Source: Candidatus Aegiribacteria sp. (GTDB lineage Bacteria; Fermentibacterota; Fermentibacteria; Fermentibacterales; JCC-6). From it: a stretch of DNA of 61,900 nucleotides. Below are positions 27,350 through 36,701 of this stretch, one piece after another. The notes below the pieces were generated by a model that was not told the origin of the DNA, did not search any database, and was given only the letters and a program-made list of their open reading frames with translations. How positions within the stretch are numbered: position 1 is the stretch's first letter; every line of letters begins with the position of its first letter. A program made the translations under genes and the position numbers. The stretch covers positions 1 through 61,900 of the forward strand of contig JAWOBF010000086.1 in the NCBI GenBank assembly GCA_046498225.1. The letters run 5' to 3'.

Positions 27350-30119
27350 GAAATCCCATGTCGCGCAGCACTCCGGCGCATCTGGCGCATACGTCCTCCG
27401 GGTCCAGCTCTCCCACTTCCGGCAGTATTTTCCAGCATCGGCCGCATTTGTCTCCTTCAGCGCTCTTCACGGAAACTGCGACACTTTCTCCGGGGACCAC
27501 CTCGGCCTGGGAGACTATAAGGAAATCCGCCCAGTCCTCGCCGCCGGCGGAATCAACCATTTCCCCGGGTACGGTGAGTTCAACCCTGGCGTCCAGTCCG
27601 CCCCCTATCTCGCCGGCCGCCCTCTTTTCCTCCAGCTCCTTGAGGACCGTCTTCCTTACCTCCAGGTAGGGGGACCAGCTCTCCAGTTCCCTGTTCTCCT
27701 CCGGGGTAAGCCGGACCTGGTCATCATCGGGATAGAGGGAGAGGTGAACGCTTTCCTCTCCGTTCCTCAGGTCGGCCGGGAGCTCCCGCCACGCTTCCTC
27801 GGCGGTGAATGGGATAAGCGGAGCCAGCAGCTGCACCAGGTTCCTGAGCATCCATGCCATCACCTGTCTGGTCATCCTGCTGCCGTCATCCTCGGGATTG
27901 CCGCAGTAGAGCCTGTCCTTCCGCATGTCCAGGAACTGCCCTGACAGGCTTATCACCGCGAAGTTCCTCAGTTCACGGTATACCCTGTGGAACTGGAACT
28001 TCCTGTACTCCTCCAGGCAGAAGCCCATCAGCTTCCTGAACCTGAGGTGAATGTACCTGTCGAAACCTTCCAGGTCGGAGAAGTCCGGTTCGAACTCCCG
28101 AATGTCACCCAGGTTGCCCAGCATGAACCTCAGTGTGTTGCGGAGCTTCCTGTAGGCCTCCCTGGCGTCGTCCAGCTGCGACATGTCCGCCCTGAAATCC
28201 GCCGTGTAGTCCACGCCGGCGAACCACAGCCTGAGTATGTCCGCGCCCTGGCGGTCTATTATCTTCAGCGGGGAGATGACGTTGCCCAGCGACTTGGACA
28301 TCTTCCTGCCGTTCCTGTCCTGTATGAGGCCGTGGGTGATGATGTGGTCCGCCGGCCTTCCCAGCCCAAGGGCTTCGCTGGTTATCAGGCTCACGCCGAA
28401 CCATCCCCTGTGCTGGTCGGTTGCCTCCAGGTAGACGGCGGCCGGCCTGGACAGACCGTACTCCGGGGTCAGAACGTTGAAATGGCTAAGGGAACTGTCG
28501 AACCATACGTCCAGGATGTCATCCACCCTCTCCAGGCGGTTCCCGCCGCAGGAGGGGCAGACCGCTTGCCTGTCGGCCAGGGCGAATATCTCCCGGGGGG
28601 ACATCCGGAACCAGACGTCGGACCCCTCCAGGGATATCTTCTCCGCCACCGCCTCTATCACCCGGTGGTCGAATACCGGCTGCAGGCAGTCTCCGCAGGT
28701 GAACACCGGCAGGGCCACTCCCCAGGACCTCTGCCTCGAGAGGCACCAGTCCGGCCGGACGGTCATCATGTTCTTCATCCGTTCGTAGCCCCAGCCGGGA
28801 TGCCACTGAACCTGGTCCACCCTTTCCAGTACCCTGTCCTTGAGACCGTCTCTGGAGAGGTCCAGGAAGAACTGCCTGGTCGCCCTGAATATCAGAGGGC
28901 TCTTGCATCTCCAGCAGTGCGGGTAGCTGTGCGTCACGTCCGCTGCGCTGAGCAGCCTTCCGCTCTCCCGCAGGTCTTCCACTATGGACCGGTTGGCCTG
29001 AAAAACGTGCATTCCCGAGTACTTTCCGGCTTCCGGGGAGAAAACGCCGTCCTCGTTCACCGGGCTGAAGACCTCCAGTCCGTACTCCCTTCCCACCATG
29101 AAATCCTCGGCGCCGTGCCCGGGGGCGGTGTGAACGCAGCCTGTGCCGTCATCCATGGTCACATGTCCGGCGACTATCATCAGGGATGACCTGCCCCCGA
29201 ACAGGGGGTGCTTCATGCGAAGACCGTCCAGCTCTTCTCCTGTGAAAACCGGTTCCGGAAGCACTTCTCCGGTGAGACCGGCCTCCTCCATGAAGGCTTC
29301 AGCCCTCTTCCGCGCAACCAGGAAGTTCCTGTCACCCGAGCGGACTATGACGTACCTCTCCGAAGGATGAAGGGCCACCGCCAGGTTGGCGGGGATGGTC
29401 CAGGGAGTAGTTGTCCATATCACCGTTTCCGTCCCCCGGGGAACACCCCGGGACTCCCATTCCTCAGGCTCCTCCTGCGAGAACGCGACGTAGATTGACG
29501 GGGAGGTATGGTCTCCGTACTCCACCTCGGCCTCAGCCAGGGCCGTGCCGCACTTCATGCACCAGTGGATGGGCCGCAGGCCCTGGTAGACGTAGCCGTC
29601 CCTCACCAGCCTTCCGAAGGCCCTTATTATGCCTGATTCGTAATCCCTGCTCATGGTGAGGTAGGGCCGGTCCCAGCTGCCGAACACACCCAGTCTTCTG
29701 AATTCCTCCCTCTGCACGTCAACGTAGCGGGAGGCGTACTTCCGGCACTTCTCCCTCACCTGCTCCCTGGTGAGGTCGGCGCCGCTCTCCGGCTGGTCGT
29801 TCATCACCCGGTGCTCAATGGGCATCCCATGGCAGTCCCAGCCGGGGACGTAGGGTGAATCGTAGCCCATCATGGTATATGACTTCACTATGAAATCCTT
29901 CAGTATCTTGTTCAGCGCCGTTCCCAGATGGACATGGCCGTTGGCGTAGGGAGGTCCGTCATGGAGAATGAACCCGGGAGAGCCCTTCCTGGCCTCCCTT
30001 ATCCTGCCGTAGATGTCCTCCTTCTCCCACATCTCCAGGGTCTCCGGCTCCTTCCTGATGAGATTGCCCTTCATGGAGAAGCTGGTCTCTGGCAACTGTA
30101 TGGTGTCTTTATAGTTCAC
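27342..30119 (-). CDS. ileS: Isoleucine--tRNA ligase (type 1)
   Basis: LHDGPPYANG, GWDCHGMPIE, WTTTPWT, GTGCVHTAPGHG, KMSKS, C-terminal CxxC..CxxC; GTG at 30119 best fits the GGAGGT RBS. Confidence 0.97.
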   Translation of the reverse strand: MNYKDTIQLPETSFSMKGNLIRKEPETLEMWEKEDIYGRIREARKGSPGFILHDGPPYANGHVHLGTALNKILKDFIVKSYTMMGYDSPYVPGWDCHGMPIEHRVMNDQPESGADLTREQVREKCRKYASRYVDVQREEFRRLGVFGSWDRPYLTMSRDYESGIIRAFGRLVRDGYVYQGLRPIHWCMKCGTALAEAEVEYGDHTSPSIYVAFSQEEPEEWESRGVPRGTETVIWTTTPWTIPANLAVALHPSERYVIVRSGDRNFLVARKRAEAFMEEAGLTGEVLPEPVFTGEELDGLRMKHPLFGGRSSLMIVAGHVTMDDGTGCVHTAPGHGAEDFMVGREYGLEVFSPVNEDGVFSPEAGKYSGMHVFQANRSIVEDLRESGRLLSAADVTHSYPHCWRCKSPLIFRATRQFFLDLSRDGLKDRVLERVDQVQWHPGWGYERMKNMMTVRPDWCLSRQRSWGVALPVFTCGDCLQPVFDHRVIEAVAEKISLEGSDVWFRMSPREIFALADRQAVCPSCGGNRLERVDDILDVWFDSSLSHFNVLTPEYGLSRPAAVYLEATDQHRGWFGVSLITSEALGLGRPADHIITHGLIQDRNGRKMSKSLGNVISPLKIIDRQGADILRLWFAGVDYTADFRADMSQLDDAREAYRKLRNTLRFMLGNLGDIREFEPDFSDLEGFDRYIHLRFRKLMGFCLEEYRKFQFHRVYRELRNFAVISLSGQFLDMRKDRLYCGNPEDDGSRMTRQVMAWMLRNLVQLLAPLIPFTAEEAWRELPADLRNGEESVHLSLYPDDDQVRLTPEENRELESWSPYLEVRKTVLKELEEKRAAGEIGGGLDARVELTVPGEMVDSAGGEDWADFLIVSQAEVVPGESVAVSVKSAEGDKCGRCWKILPEVGELDPEDVCARCAGVLRDMGFHE

Positions 30120-30669
30120 GCTCCTCACCTCCCTCGGTGATCATTGTGTTGAACAGGTCGCCGGCCGCCCGGGCCGCTTCTGATAGCGGCGCGTGACGGA
30201 TATTCACGGAATCCCATCCGTGACATCTTGCAAGGAGCAACACCTTCGCCCCTCCGTGACCTGCTATCTCGGCTTCGTCAATTCCACGGGAGACCATGGC
30301 CAGCGCTCCCAGCAGCTTCCGTTCCGCCGGCGTGGCCAGCCTCCAGTCCGGCACCCCGGCGATGACGCCCCGCTCCCAGTCGCCCTCGGGCGCCAGGTAC
30401 ATACCCATCAGGGACGGGAATCGGGGACCCAGCTCATCCCTGTTGGGGCCCGCCAGCGCGCTGGAGCCGAAGAGGGCTATGTGGTCCTCGGCAACGGCAA
30501 AGCAATTCCTGCGGGAAACACCCTCGGTGCCGATGACGAAAAGCCTCTCGCCGCGGGAAAGGGCACTTCGGACCAGTTCATGGTTATCCGCCGGCACGGG
30601 GCCCCGTCTGACCACCCGAACATCCGCCGGCAGGGGGCACTTCCAGCTCTCGGGAACAATGACGAACAT
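30109..30669 (-). CDS. Truncated, degenerate purine-nucleoside phosphorylase homolog
   Basis: DHIALFG.SAL.GPNRDELGPRFPS matches trimeric PNP DHIN..G.NPL.GPN....GPRFP; TPAE retained; phosphate- and base-binding motifs absent. Confidence 0.65.
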   Translation of the reverse strand: MFVIVPESWKCPLPADVRVVRRGPVPADNHELVRSALSRGERLFVIGTEGVSRRNCFAVAEDHIALFGSSALAGPNRDELGPRFPSLMGMYLAPEGDWERGVIAGVPDWRLATPAERKLLGALAMVSRGIDEAEIAGHGGAKVLLLARCHGWDSVNIRHAPLSEAARAAGDLFNTMITEGGEEREL

Positions 30670-30810
30670 ATACTGTCCGTTCTCAATCAGGTGAAATATA
30701 GACGATCGAAAACCATTAAATATCGAACAGCGATTATGATAACATCGGCGCCGCGCAACAAGGGATTACGCCGGTTCGCCGCCGGGCCCTGCCCGCGAAA
30801 CCGTCAGAGG

Positions 30811-30840
30811 AGGGGCGCCCCTGTTTCGAAGGACGCCCCT
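30811..30840. terminator. GC-rich hairpin after the 30883-31338 gene
   Basis: AGGGGCG-C-CCT-GTTTCGA-AGG-A-CGCCCCT; no clear U-tract. Confidence 0.45.
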
Positions 30841-30882
30841 GCCACACCGAATTCGAAGGAATATCAGCAGTTCAGATCCGGG

Positions 30883-31338
30883 CTATTCCTTTTCCTCTTC
30901 CCCTGCAGGTTCCGGTGCCGGAAGTTCGGGTTCCGGCTTCGGAGCGGGGGGAGAGGGGGGAGCGTAGATGGTCTCCTCCACCTCGGAACCCTTGAGGAAA
31001 AGAACGTGAAGCACCTGGACGATACCGGCTATGGCTATCAGCCACAGGCCGATGCCTATCTTCACCGGTCCTTCCACTGTAAATATCTTGTACAGGGCTA
31101 TGAGAGCGGCTATCGCGGCGGTTATCCACACCACCATCAGCTTGCCCTTCGTCAGCGGCTCCGTTCTTCTGCCGGAGAACAGGGCCATGGCTCCGCCTAT
31201 GGCGAAGAGCACCAGGGTTATCCAGCCGTCTCCCTCGGTTCCGCTCACGGTGAAACCGAAGGCGCTGGCCCAGGGAAGGAAAGTGCCTATCATACCGGCA
31301 ACGGCCACTATGACTATCAGCTTGCGCTTCTTTTCCAT
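30883..31338 (-). CDS. Hypothetical membrane protein with Pro/Glu-rich cytoplasmic tail
   Basis: Four hydrophobic segments (FLPW, GDGWITL) then APPSPPAPKPEPELPAPEP; AAGGGG RBS. Confidence 0.7.
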   Translation of the reverse strand: MEKKRKLIVIVAVAGMIGTFLPWASAFGFTVSGTEGDGWITLVLFAIGGAMALFSGRRTEPLTKGKLMVVWITAAIAALIALYKIFTVEGPVKIGIGLWLIAIAGIVQVLHVLFLKGSEVEETIYAPPSPPAPKPEPELPAPEPAGEEEKE

Positions 31339-31366
31339 CAGAACCCCTTTCGATTGAAGTCAATGA

Positions 31367-31395
31367 ACAATGGAGAAGCGTGCATATGTTGTCAA
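31367..31395 (-). promoter_or_regulatory. Sigma70-type promoter for the 30883-31338 gene
   Basis: TTGACA (31395-31390), 17 nt, CATTGT (31372-31367). Confidence 0.5.
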
Positions 31396-31416
31396 TAATC
31401 GTCCGGAATGCGGCTG

Positions 31417-34245
31417 TCAGAGGCTCCCGGCCTCAGGCAGCGCCTGAAGCATGGAGTGGGACCCCGGCTGTCCCGACGATTCGAGAACACTCCTCGCTCT
31501 CTCGGCGAACTCCATCATACCCGAGACGATCCACTGGCAGAAGCAGCAGTCCGCTTCCTCTTCCGGGGTCTTCGCCTCACCGAGCATGTCCAGCACCTCA
31601 GTCCCGTCCAGGGCCGCGAGGAAAAGCCTGCAGCGGCGGACGACCTCCTCCCTCCCCTTTCTTCCGGCGTTCTGCTCCAGGGCTTCCAGGAAAGGGGCTC
31701 TTGCCTGTTCATAGCTCCCCCGGACGAAGAGGTACTTCCCCCTCTGGGCCAGCTGGCTTCCGCGAAGGAGCATGTCACCCGCGCGGCCGGAGTGCTCCAG
31801 GGCCCTGTCTATGCTCAGCAGAGCTCCCTCCATGTCCCCCATGGAGAACTGAATGTCGGCTATCTTCGCCCAGCCGTCCGATATGTTTCGAGTATCCTTG
31901 AGGGCTTCGGCATGTTCTATCTGGGTCTCAAAGCATTCCAGAGCGGAATGGCGGTCGCCCATCATCAGCAGGATGTATCCCATCCTGGCGTATCCGGACA
32001 TGAGGCCGGACCTGAAGCCGATCTCCCCCGACCGGTCGATGAGTTCCGTTGAGTACCGGATCGCAGAAGCGGTGTCCTTCATCTCTATGAAGCAGTGGGC
32101 GAGGTTCCCCAGTGCTGCGCACAGAGCTCTGAGATTTCCGGTCCTTCGGGACAGGAAGACGCATCTCCTGAAGCAGTCCGAGGCCTTCTCCGTCTCTCCG
32201 GTCCTGAGATGGATTATGCCCATCTTGCTGGTGGCGGTGTTGAGCGCGGCCCAGTTGGCGGTATCCTCGGCCGCTTTCCGCAGCTTCCGGTGAACCCGCT
32301 TCGCCGCGGTGTACTCCCTCCTGTAGATGTGGATCCGCATCAGGTTGTCGTAACCTGCGATTATGCTCCTTGTCAGTCCCGACCTCTCAGCCAGCTCCAC
32401 CTGCTCCCGGGTCAGGGCCTCCATCCTCTTGTGGTCGCCCGTCTCACGGCAGGCGATAGCCGCCCAGTAGAGAGAGGCGCACAGAAGACCGGGATTTCCG
32501 GTACGCCTTGCCATCTCCACGGATCCGTCGATGTATTCCAGCGCCTCCTCCATCCTGCCCGAGGACATGAGGATCATTCCAAGCTGTCTCTCGGCCACGG
32601 TCCGGTTTTCCAGGTCGGAGCAGGAAATGAATACCCTGAGCGCCTGCCCCACCAGCTCCTCCGCCCTGCCCAGTTCACCCGCCGAGCCCAGACAGGAGCC
32701 CAGTTTCAGCCTGATCCGGGCTTCCAGCTCCGGGTCCGCCCCGCCGGCCGCGATCCTGTCCAGGGTACCGCTGAGCAGTTCCATCCCCTCTTTGAGCAGC
32801 CCTCCGTTCTTGTACACCTCGTACAGGTCCAGCTCGGCCTCCGCCCTGCCGGGGTCATCGAGCAGGTCTATCAGTTTCCTGTACAGCCGGGCCGCGCCTT
32901 CGTTCTCGTAATTCTCGGCGTAGCCGGCTGCCGCCCGCCGGAAGTGAGGGGCCGCCTGCTTCTTCCGGCCTCCAAGCATGTAGTGTGTCGCCACCCGCTC
33001 CAGGACGTCGGGCGTGGCCGGTGCGCCGTACTCCTTCTCCATGGCCCCGGCGGCCAGGAGATGAAGCTCCTCCATATCCTCCTCCCCGGCCAGTTCTGCG
33101 GTCCATTCCCGAAGAAGGGCATGCTCGAACCTCCCAGTGTCACCTTCCAGCAGAAGGATACCTGCAAGTGATCCCCCTTCCGCGGCTGCGGAGAATTCCT
33201 GCCGGGTCAGCATGGAGCGGAGCACACCGGTCCTGAAGACCGATCCCAGTACCGAAGCGGCCAGGACCGCCCTTCCGGCCTGCCGCGGGAGCATGGCCAT
33301 ACGGTAGCCGAAAACGGACCGTATGGAAGACGGAAGATCTTCGGGAGGAATGCTGAGAATGAGCTTTCCATCGGTTTGGTCAAGGGAGCCGTTCAATTTC
33401 AGAAAATCCACCGTCTGGTGTATGAACAGCGGAACCCCGCCCGCGACGGTCCACAGGTAGTCAAGAAGGGCTTCATCCGGGGCCGGGCCACCGGGGCCGC
33501 ATACGATTTCGGGTATCTGGTTCCTGGGCAGGCCCTTCAGCTCCATGTGCATCGAACTCATCAGGGGAGGTGTTCCGGGAAGGACCGGAGTGTCGCCGCC
33601 GGGGTCCTGCCGTCCGGTCACCACGAACATTCGGGACGGCGCCGTTCCGTCCCGGATGATCCCGGCGGCCGAGTCCAGCTCCCGGTCGCTGAACCACTGA
33701 GTATTCTCCAGCACGACAGCCAGCGGTCCCTGACAGGCCAGAAGATCGAAAAAATGCACCAGAGCCCTCGTGGTGCGCTCCCGGGCCTGTCGGGGCTCGC
33801 AGCCCCGGAGAGGGGAGGGGTCCGACCCGGACAGACCTGCCAGCCGCTCCAGCCACAGCCTGGATCGGTCCAGTTCATCTGGACCGGCCATGGCGCTGCC
33901 GTTCGTTCCCGCCTTCGAGTTCAGCAGGAGTCCTTCCCAGACCTCGCCGAAGGCTCTGAGATTCGTCTTCCTGTCCAGTGACGGGTCCACCCCGAACCAT
34001 CTCTGAAGAAAATCGGAAAACGGGGAAGACCCGGGAGAGGGTTCACCGTATATGAAGACGAAGCTCCAATCCGGCAGTGACCTTTCCATCTCCTGGACAA
34101 GCCTGGTCTTGCCGACCCCGGGAGGAGCCCATATGTGCAGGATGCCGCCGGATGGTCCCTTGTCCAGTTCCGAGGCGAATCTCAGGGCGCGGGCGAGCTC
34201 AGGCTCCCTGCCCACCATGGCTCCGCGACCCGGGGAAGGATGCAT
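31417..34245 (-). CDS. AAA_16/STAND-type NTPase with C-terminal TPR array
   Basis: MVGREPEL, Walker A APPGVGKT, Walker B-like VVLENTQW, GGVPLF, LPSSIR...ASVLG, FEHALLRE, then repeated TPR helices. Start taken at ATG 34245 just after the DUF167 stop. Confidence 0.8.
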   Translation of the reverse strand: MHPSPGRGAMVGREPELARALRFASELDKGPSGGILHIWAPPGVGKTRLVQEMERSLPDWSFVFIYGEPSPGSSPFSDFLQRWFGVDPSLDRKTNLRAFGEVWEGLLLNSKAGTNGSAMAGPDELDRSRLWLERLAGLSGSDPSPLRGCEPRQARERTTRALVHFFDLLACQGPLAVVLENTQWFSDRELDSAAGIIRDGTAPSRMFVVTGRQDPGGDTPVLPGTPPLMSSMHMELKGLPRNQIPEIVCGPGGPAPDEALLDYLWTVAGGVPLFIHQTVDFLKLNGSLDQTDGKLILSIPPEDLPSSIRSVFGYRMAMLPRQAGRAVLAASVLGSVFRTGVLRSMLTRQEFSAAAEGGSLAGILLLEGDTGRFEHALLREWTAELAGEEDMEELHLLAAGAMEKEYGAPATPDVLERVATHYMLGGRKKQAAPHFRRAAAGYAENYENEGAARLYRKLIDLLDDPGRAEAELDLYEVYKNGGLLKEGMELLSGTLDRIAAGGADPELEARIRLKLGSCLGSAGELGRAEELVGQALRVFISCSDLENRTVAERQLGMILMSSGRMEEALEYIDGSVEMARRTGNPGLLCASLYWAAIACRETGDHKRMEALTREQVELAERSGLTRSIIAGYDNLMRIHIYRREYTAAKRVHRKLRKAAEDTANWAALNTATSKMGIIHLRTGETEKASDCFRRCVFLSRRTGNLRALCAALGNLAHCFIEMKDTASAIRYSTELIDRSGEIGFRSGLMSGYARMGYILLMMGDRHSALECFETQIEHAEALKDTRNISDGWAKIADIQFSMGDMEGALLSIDRALEHSGRAGDMLLRGSQLAQRGKYLFVRGSYEQARAPFLEALEQNAGRKGREEVVRRCRLFLAALDGTEVLDMLGEAKTPEEEADCCFCQWIVSGMMEFAERARSVLESSGQPGSHSMLQALPEAGSL

Positions 34246-34246
34246 C

Positions 34247-34537
34247 CTACCGGCCGGTGAACCAGGCGGGGGCTGAAATGAAGGAGTCAATGGATACCAG
34301 TTTCCTTCTGGACGTGCCACCGGAAAGTATCCTGACCGAGGAGCGCCGGGTATGGAACTCATCCGCCAGGAACCTGATCAGTTCCTCGTTGGCCTTCCCG
34401 TCGGCGGGAGGGGCTTTCAGAGCGATCTTGACCGTTCCGTCGGCCATCCTTCCCCTCACCCGGGTGACATCGGCCCTCGGTATCACTTTTATTCTCAGAT
34501 GCAGAGGCTTTCCGGGTTCGGGGGGCAGATCAGTCAC
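34247..34537 (-). CDS. DUF167/YggU-family protein
   Basis: [38 protein letters not shown]; GTG at 34537 overlaps the Trm112 stop region. Confidence 0.9.
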   Translation of the reverse strand: MTDLPPEPGKPLHLRIKVIPRADVTRVRGRMADGTVKIALKAPPADGKANEELIRFLADEFHTRRSSVRILSGGTSRRKLVSIDSFISAPAWFTGR

Positions 34538-34706
34538 CCTCCAGGGGACCGGCCTCATCCACCAGCATTATGGGGATATCGTCCCTGACTTCGTAGACCA
34601 GTTTGCAGGAATGACATATGAGCACCTCCGAGGGATCGGTCCTGTACTCCAGGTCCCCCTTGCATTTCGGACAGGCCAGTATCTCGAGCAGCTTGCTGTC
34701 AAGCAT
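34530..34706 (-). CDS. Trm112/YcaR-family zinc-ribbon protein
   Basis: Below ORF-track cutoff; translates [21 protein letters not shown]...[24 protein letters not shown]. Confidence 0.9.
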   Translation of the reverse strand: MLDSKLLEILACPKCKGDLEYRTDPSEVLICHSCKLVYEVRDDIPIMLVDEAGPLEGD

Positions 34707-34718
34707 CATTTCACGCTC

Positions 34719-35948
34719 CTAAATCACGAAGAATCCGTTCTCGATTATTGTCTCCTCCGAACCGTCCCCGCGAACGCCGAAAACCGAGACCTCCTCGGAG
34801 CCTATCATGAAATCCGTATGGACCAGCGATAAGTTGCACCCGATCCTCTCCAGCTCCTCCTCGGTCATTCCGGTCCCGCCCCGAATGCAGTCGGTGTAAC
34901 CGTTGCCCAGGGCTATGTGGCTGGCGGCGTTCTCATCGAAGAGGATATTGTGGAACACCCTTCCGCTTTTGAATATGGGTGAGCCCGCGTCCACCAGCGC
35001 CACTTCGCCCACCGCGGCGGCTCCCTCATCGAACTCCAGGTAACGCTCCAGTATGCCGGTGTTGGTGTCGGAGCCGAAATCCACCACCCTTCCGCTCTCG
35101 AACCTGAACCAGGCCCCCTCCACCTGCGCACCAAGCACCTCCACCGGGCGAGTGGTCCTTACGGTACCGCTGGTCCTGCGACGGTCCGGAGTGCTGAAGA
35201 TCTCCTCCGTGGGAATATTTGGAAAGAATTCCACCCCGGAACTGTTAACGCACCTGCCTCCTACGAATTTCCTGTCCGGGCGCATGCCCACGGAAAGGTC
35301 CGTCCCCGGACCCCTGAAGCGTATGAGGTCGTACCCGGCCGAGTTCATATGAGCCGCCCTGCGCTTCAACTCGGCGTCATGGTCGACCCAGGCCCCGGCC
35401 GGGTCATCACGGTCGAGCCTGAGAATGGGTATGAGGATATCCCATATCCTCCGCTCCCAGTCATCATCGTCGCCCAGCACCTTTTCCGCCCATTCCCCTG
35501 TTGGGTGGAGACAGACGTTCCAGGCGATTCTGTTGGATGAGATACCTTTCAGAAATCCCTTCATCGCCTTTGAGATCGCTTTTCCGGCAATACCGGTCCG
35601 CTCCGGGTCGGCTCCCTCCATGATGTCGGGGTATTCGGGCCCGCGCAGAGATACGCTTGCCCATCCCCCCTCCAGGTAGGATTCGTACATGTCCTGAGTG
35701 TGGGGCGGCACGAACTCCAGGTATTCCTGCAGGCGGGACCTGTCCAGGCGAAGTCTGCCCAGCAGAGGGTCCGAGTACCTGACCGAGACGATCCGGGCGC
35801 CGGCGTCGTAGGCCACCCTGGCCAGCAGCAGGGCGAATTCCCTCTGAGCCGGTTCCGTCCTCACCAGGAGTGGCTGTCCCTCCTGAAGGTTTACCCCGGT
35901 CTTCACTATCACTTCAGCGTATTCTTTCTTCAGGATGTCCAGGTCCAT
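34719..35948 (-). CDS. Aminopeptidase, M29 (AmpS/PepS) family
   Basis: YAEVIVKTGVNLQ.GQ, NIPTEEIFSTP, GEVALV, LFDENAASHIALG, SLVHTDFMIG. Confidence 0.93.
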   Translation of the reverse strand: MDLDILKKEYAEVIVKTGVNLQEGQPLLVRTEPAQREFALLLARVAYDAGARIVSVRYSDPLLGRLRLDRSRLQEYLEFVPPHTQDMYESYLEGGWASVSLRGPEYPDIMEGADPERTGIAGKAISKAMKGFLKGISSNRIAWNVCLHPTGEWAEKVLGDDDDWERRIWDILIPILRLDRDDPAGAWVDHDAELKRRAAHMNSAGYDLIRFRGPGTDLSVGMRPDRKFVGGRCVNSSGVEFFPNIPTEEIFSTPDRRRTSGTVRTTRPVEVLGAQVEGAWFRFESGRVVDFGSDTNTGILERYLEFDEGAAAVGEVALVDAGSPIFKSGRVFHNILFDENAASHIALGNGYTDCIRGGTGMTEEELERIGCNLSLVHTDFMIGSEEVSVFGVRGDGSEETIIENGFFVI

Positions 35949-35975
35949 TATTCAGACTCCGTTCGCAAAGTAATT

Positions 35976-36701
35976 CTAGAACAGGCCCAGGAAATCCACT
36001 CCAATGGCCCGATAGCTCTCTCCCCCGGATTCGAAGATGTCAACGAACTGGAGTGAGATCCTAACCTGTCCGAAGCTCTCCCAGTACACCTCGCCGCTGA
36101 CGAAGCCACCGTTGTTGTCGAACCGCACGGAATCAGCCTCATCCGTGGCGAGATCGTACTCCAGCACCAGCCCGAAGCCTCCGGGAAGTGATTTGTCCAT
36201 GCCGGTCCAGACACCTGCGTGCACCAGTCTGGTCACATCCGCGCTGAGGCCCAGGTGAAACGCCATGTCCCCTCCGGGGGCGAGGAAGTTCTTGGAGAAG
36301 ACGGCGTAGAGATCCCTTGCCTTTCTGCTGTAGGTGGCGCCCGAGCGTACCGCCTCGGGTTCGTTGTCGAATCCAGCCAGCATTCCGGGAAGTGACTCCG
36401 TTTCATCCAGGACACGGAACCGGGCTTTCAGGTAAACATGATCGAACCAGCTTGGGTCGTTCAGACCTGTCAGGTTCCAGCCACCGTAGCTCAGACCGGC
36501 CGCGAACCGCGGGAACAGCCCCGCTGTCAGCGAGAACCTGAGTCCGTCGCTTGGAAAGGTGCTCATGGAGAAGTGGTAGGTTCTCGGAGCCACTATTCCA
36601 GCCGTGGGCTCCCTTACGAGCCTCATCAGCTCTCCCGCCACCCCCTGCCCGCATATCAGAAGCATGACCGTAACGATCAGAGCGGAAGCTAAAATTCTCA
36701 T
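35976..36701 (-). CDS. Putative outer-membrane beta-barrel protein (YjbH-like)
   Basis: ATG at 36701 overlapping the dnaE stop (ATGA); signal peptide; LV.EPTAG; amphipathic strands ending in Phe. Confidence 0.55.
   Translation of the reverse strand: MRILASALIVTVMLLICGQGVAGELMRLVREPTAGIVAPRTYHFSMSTFPSDGLRFSLTAGLFPRFAAGLSYGGWNLTGLNDPSWFDHVYLKARFRVLDETESLPGMLAGFDNEPEAVRSGATYSRKARDLYAVFSKNFLAPGGDMAFHLGLSADVTRLVHAGVWTGMDKSLPGGFGLVLEYDLATDEADSVRFDNNGGFVSGEVYWESFGQVRISLQFVDIFESGGESYRAIGVDFLGLF

Noticed and set aside
29905-29965. IleRS HIGH motif reads HLGT
   Set aside because: Ordinary variation in type 1 IleRS; KMSKS is intact and nothing suggests a mupirocin-resistant form.
30670-30810. T-box riboswitch upstream of the PNP-like gene and ileS
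   Set aside because: No T-box consensus (AAGGGUGGnACC) or antiterminator found; the region looks like a plain promoter.
34247-34362. N-terminal 39 aa of the 981-aa STAND ORF as a possible effector domain
   Set aside because: Overlaps DUF167 in another frame and is Pro/Gly filler; the real start is after the DUF167 stop.
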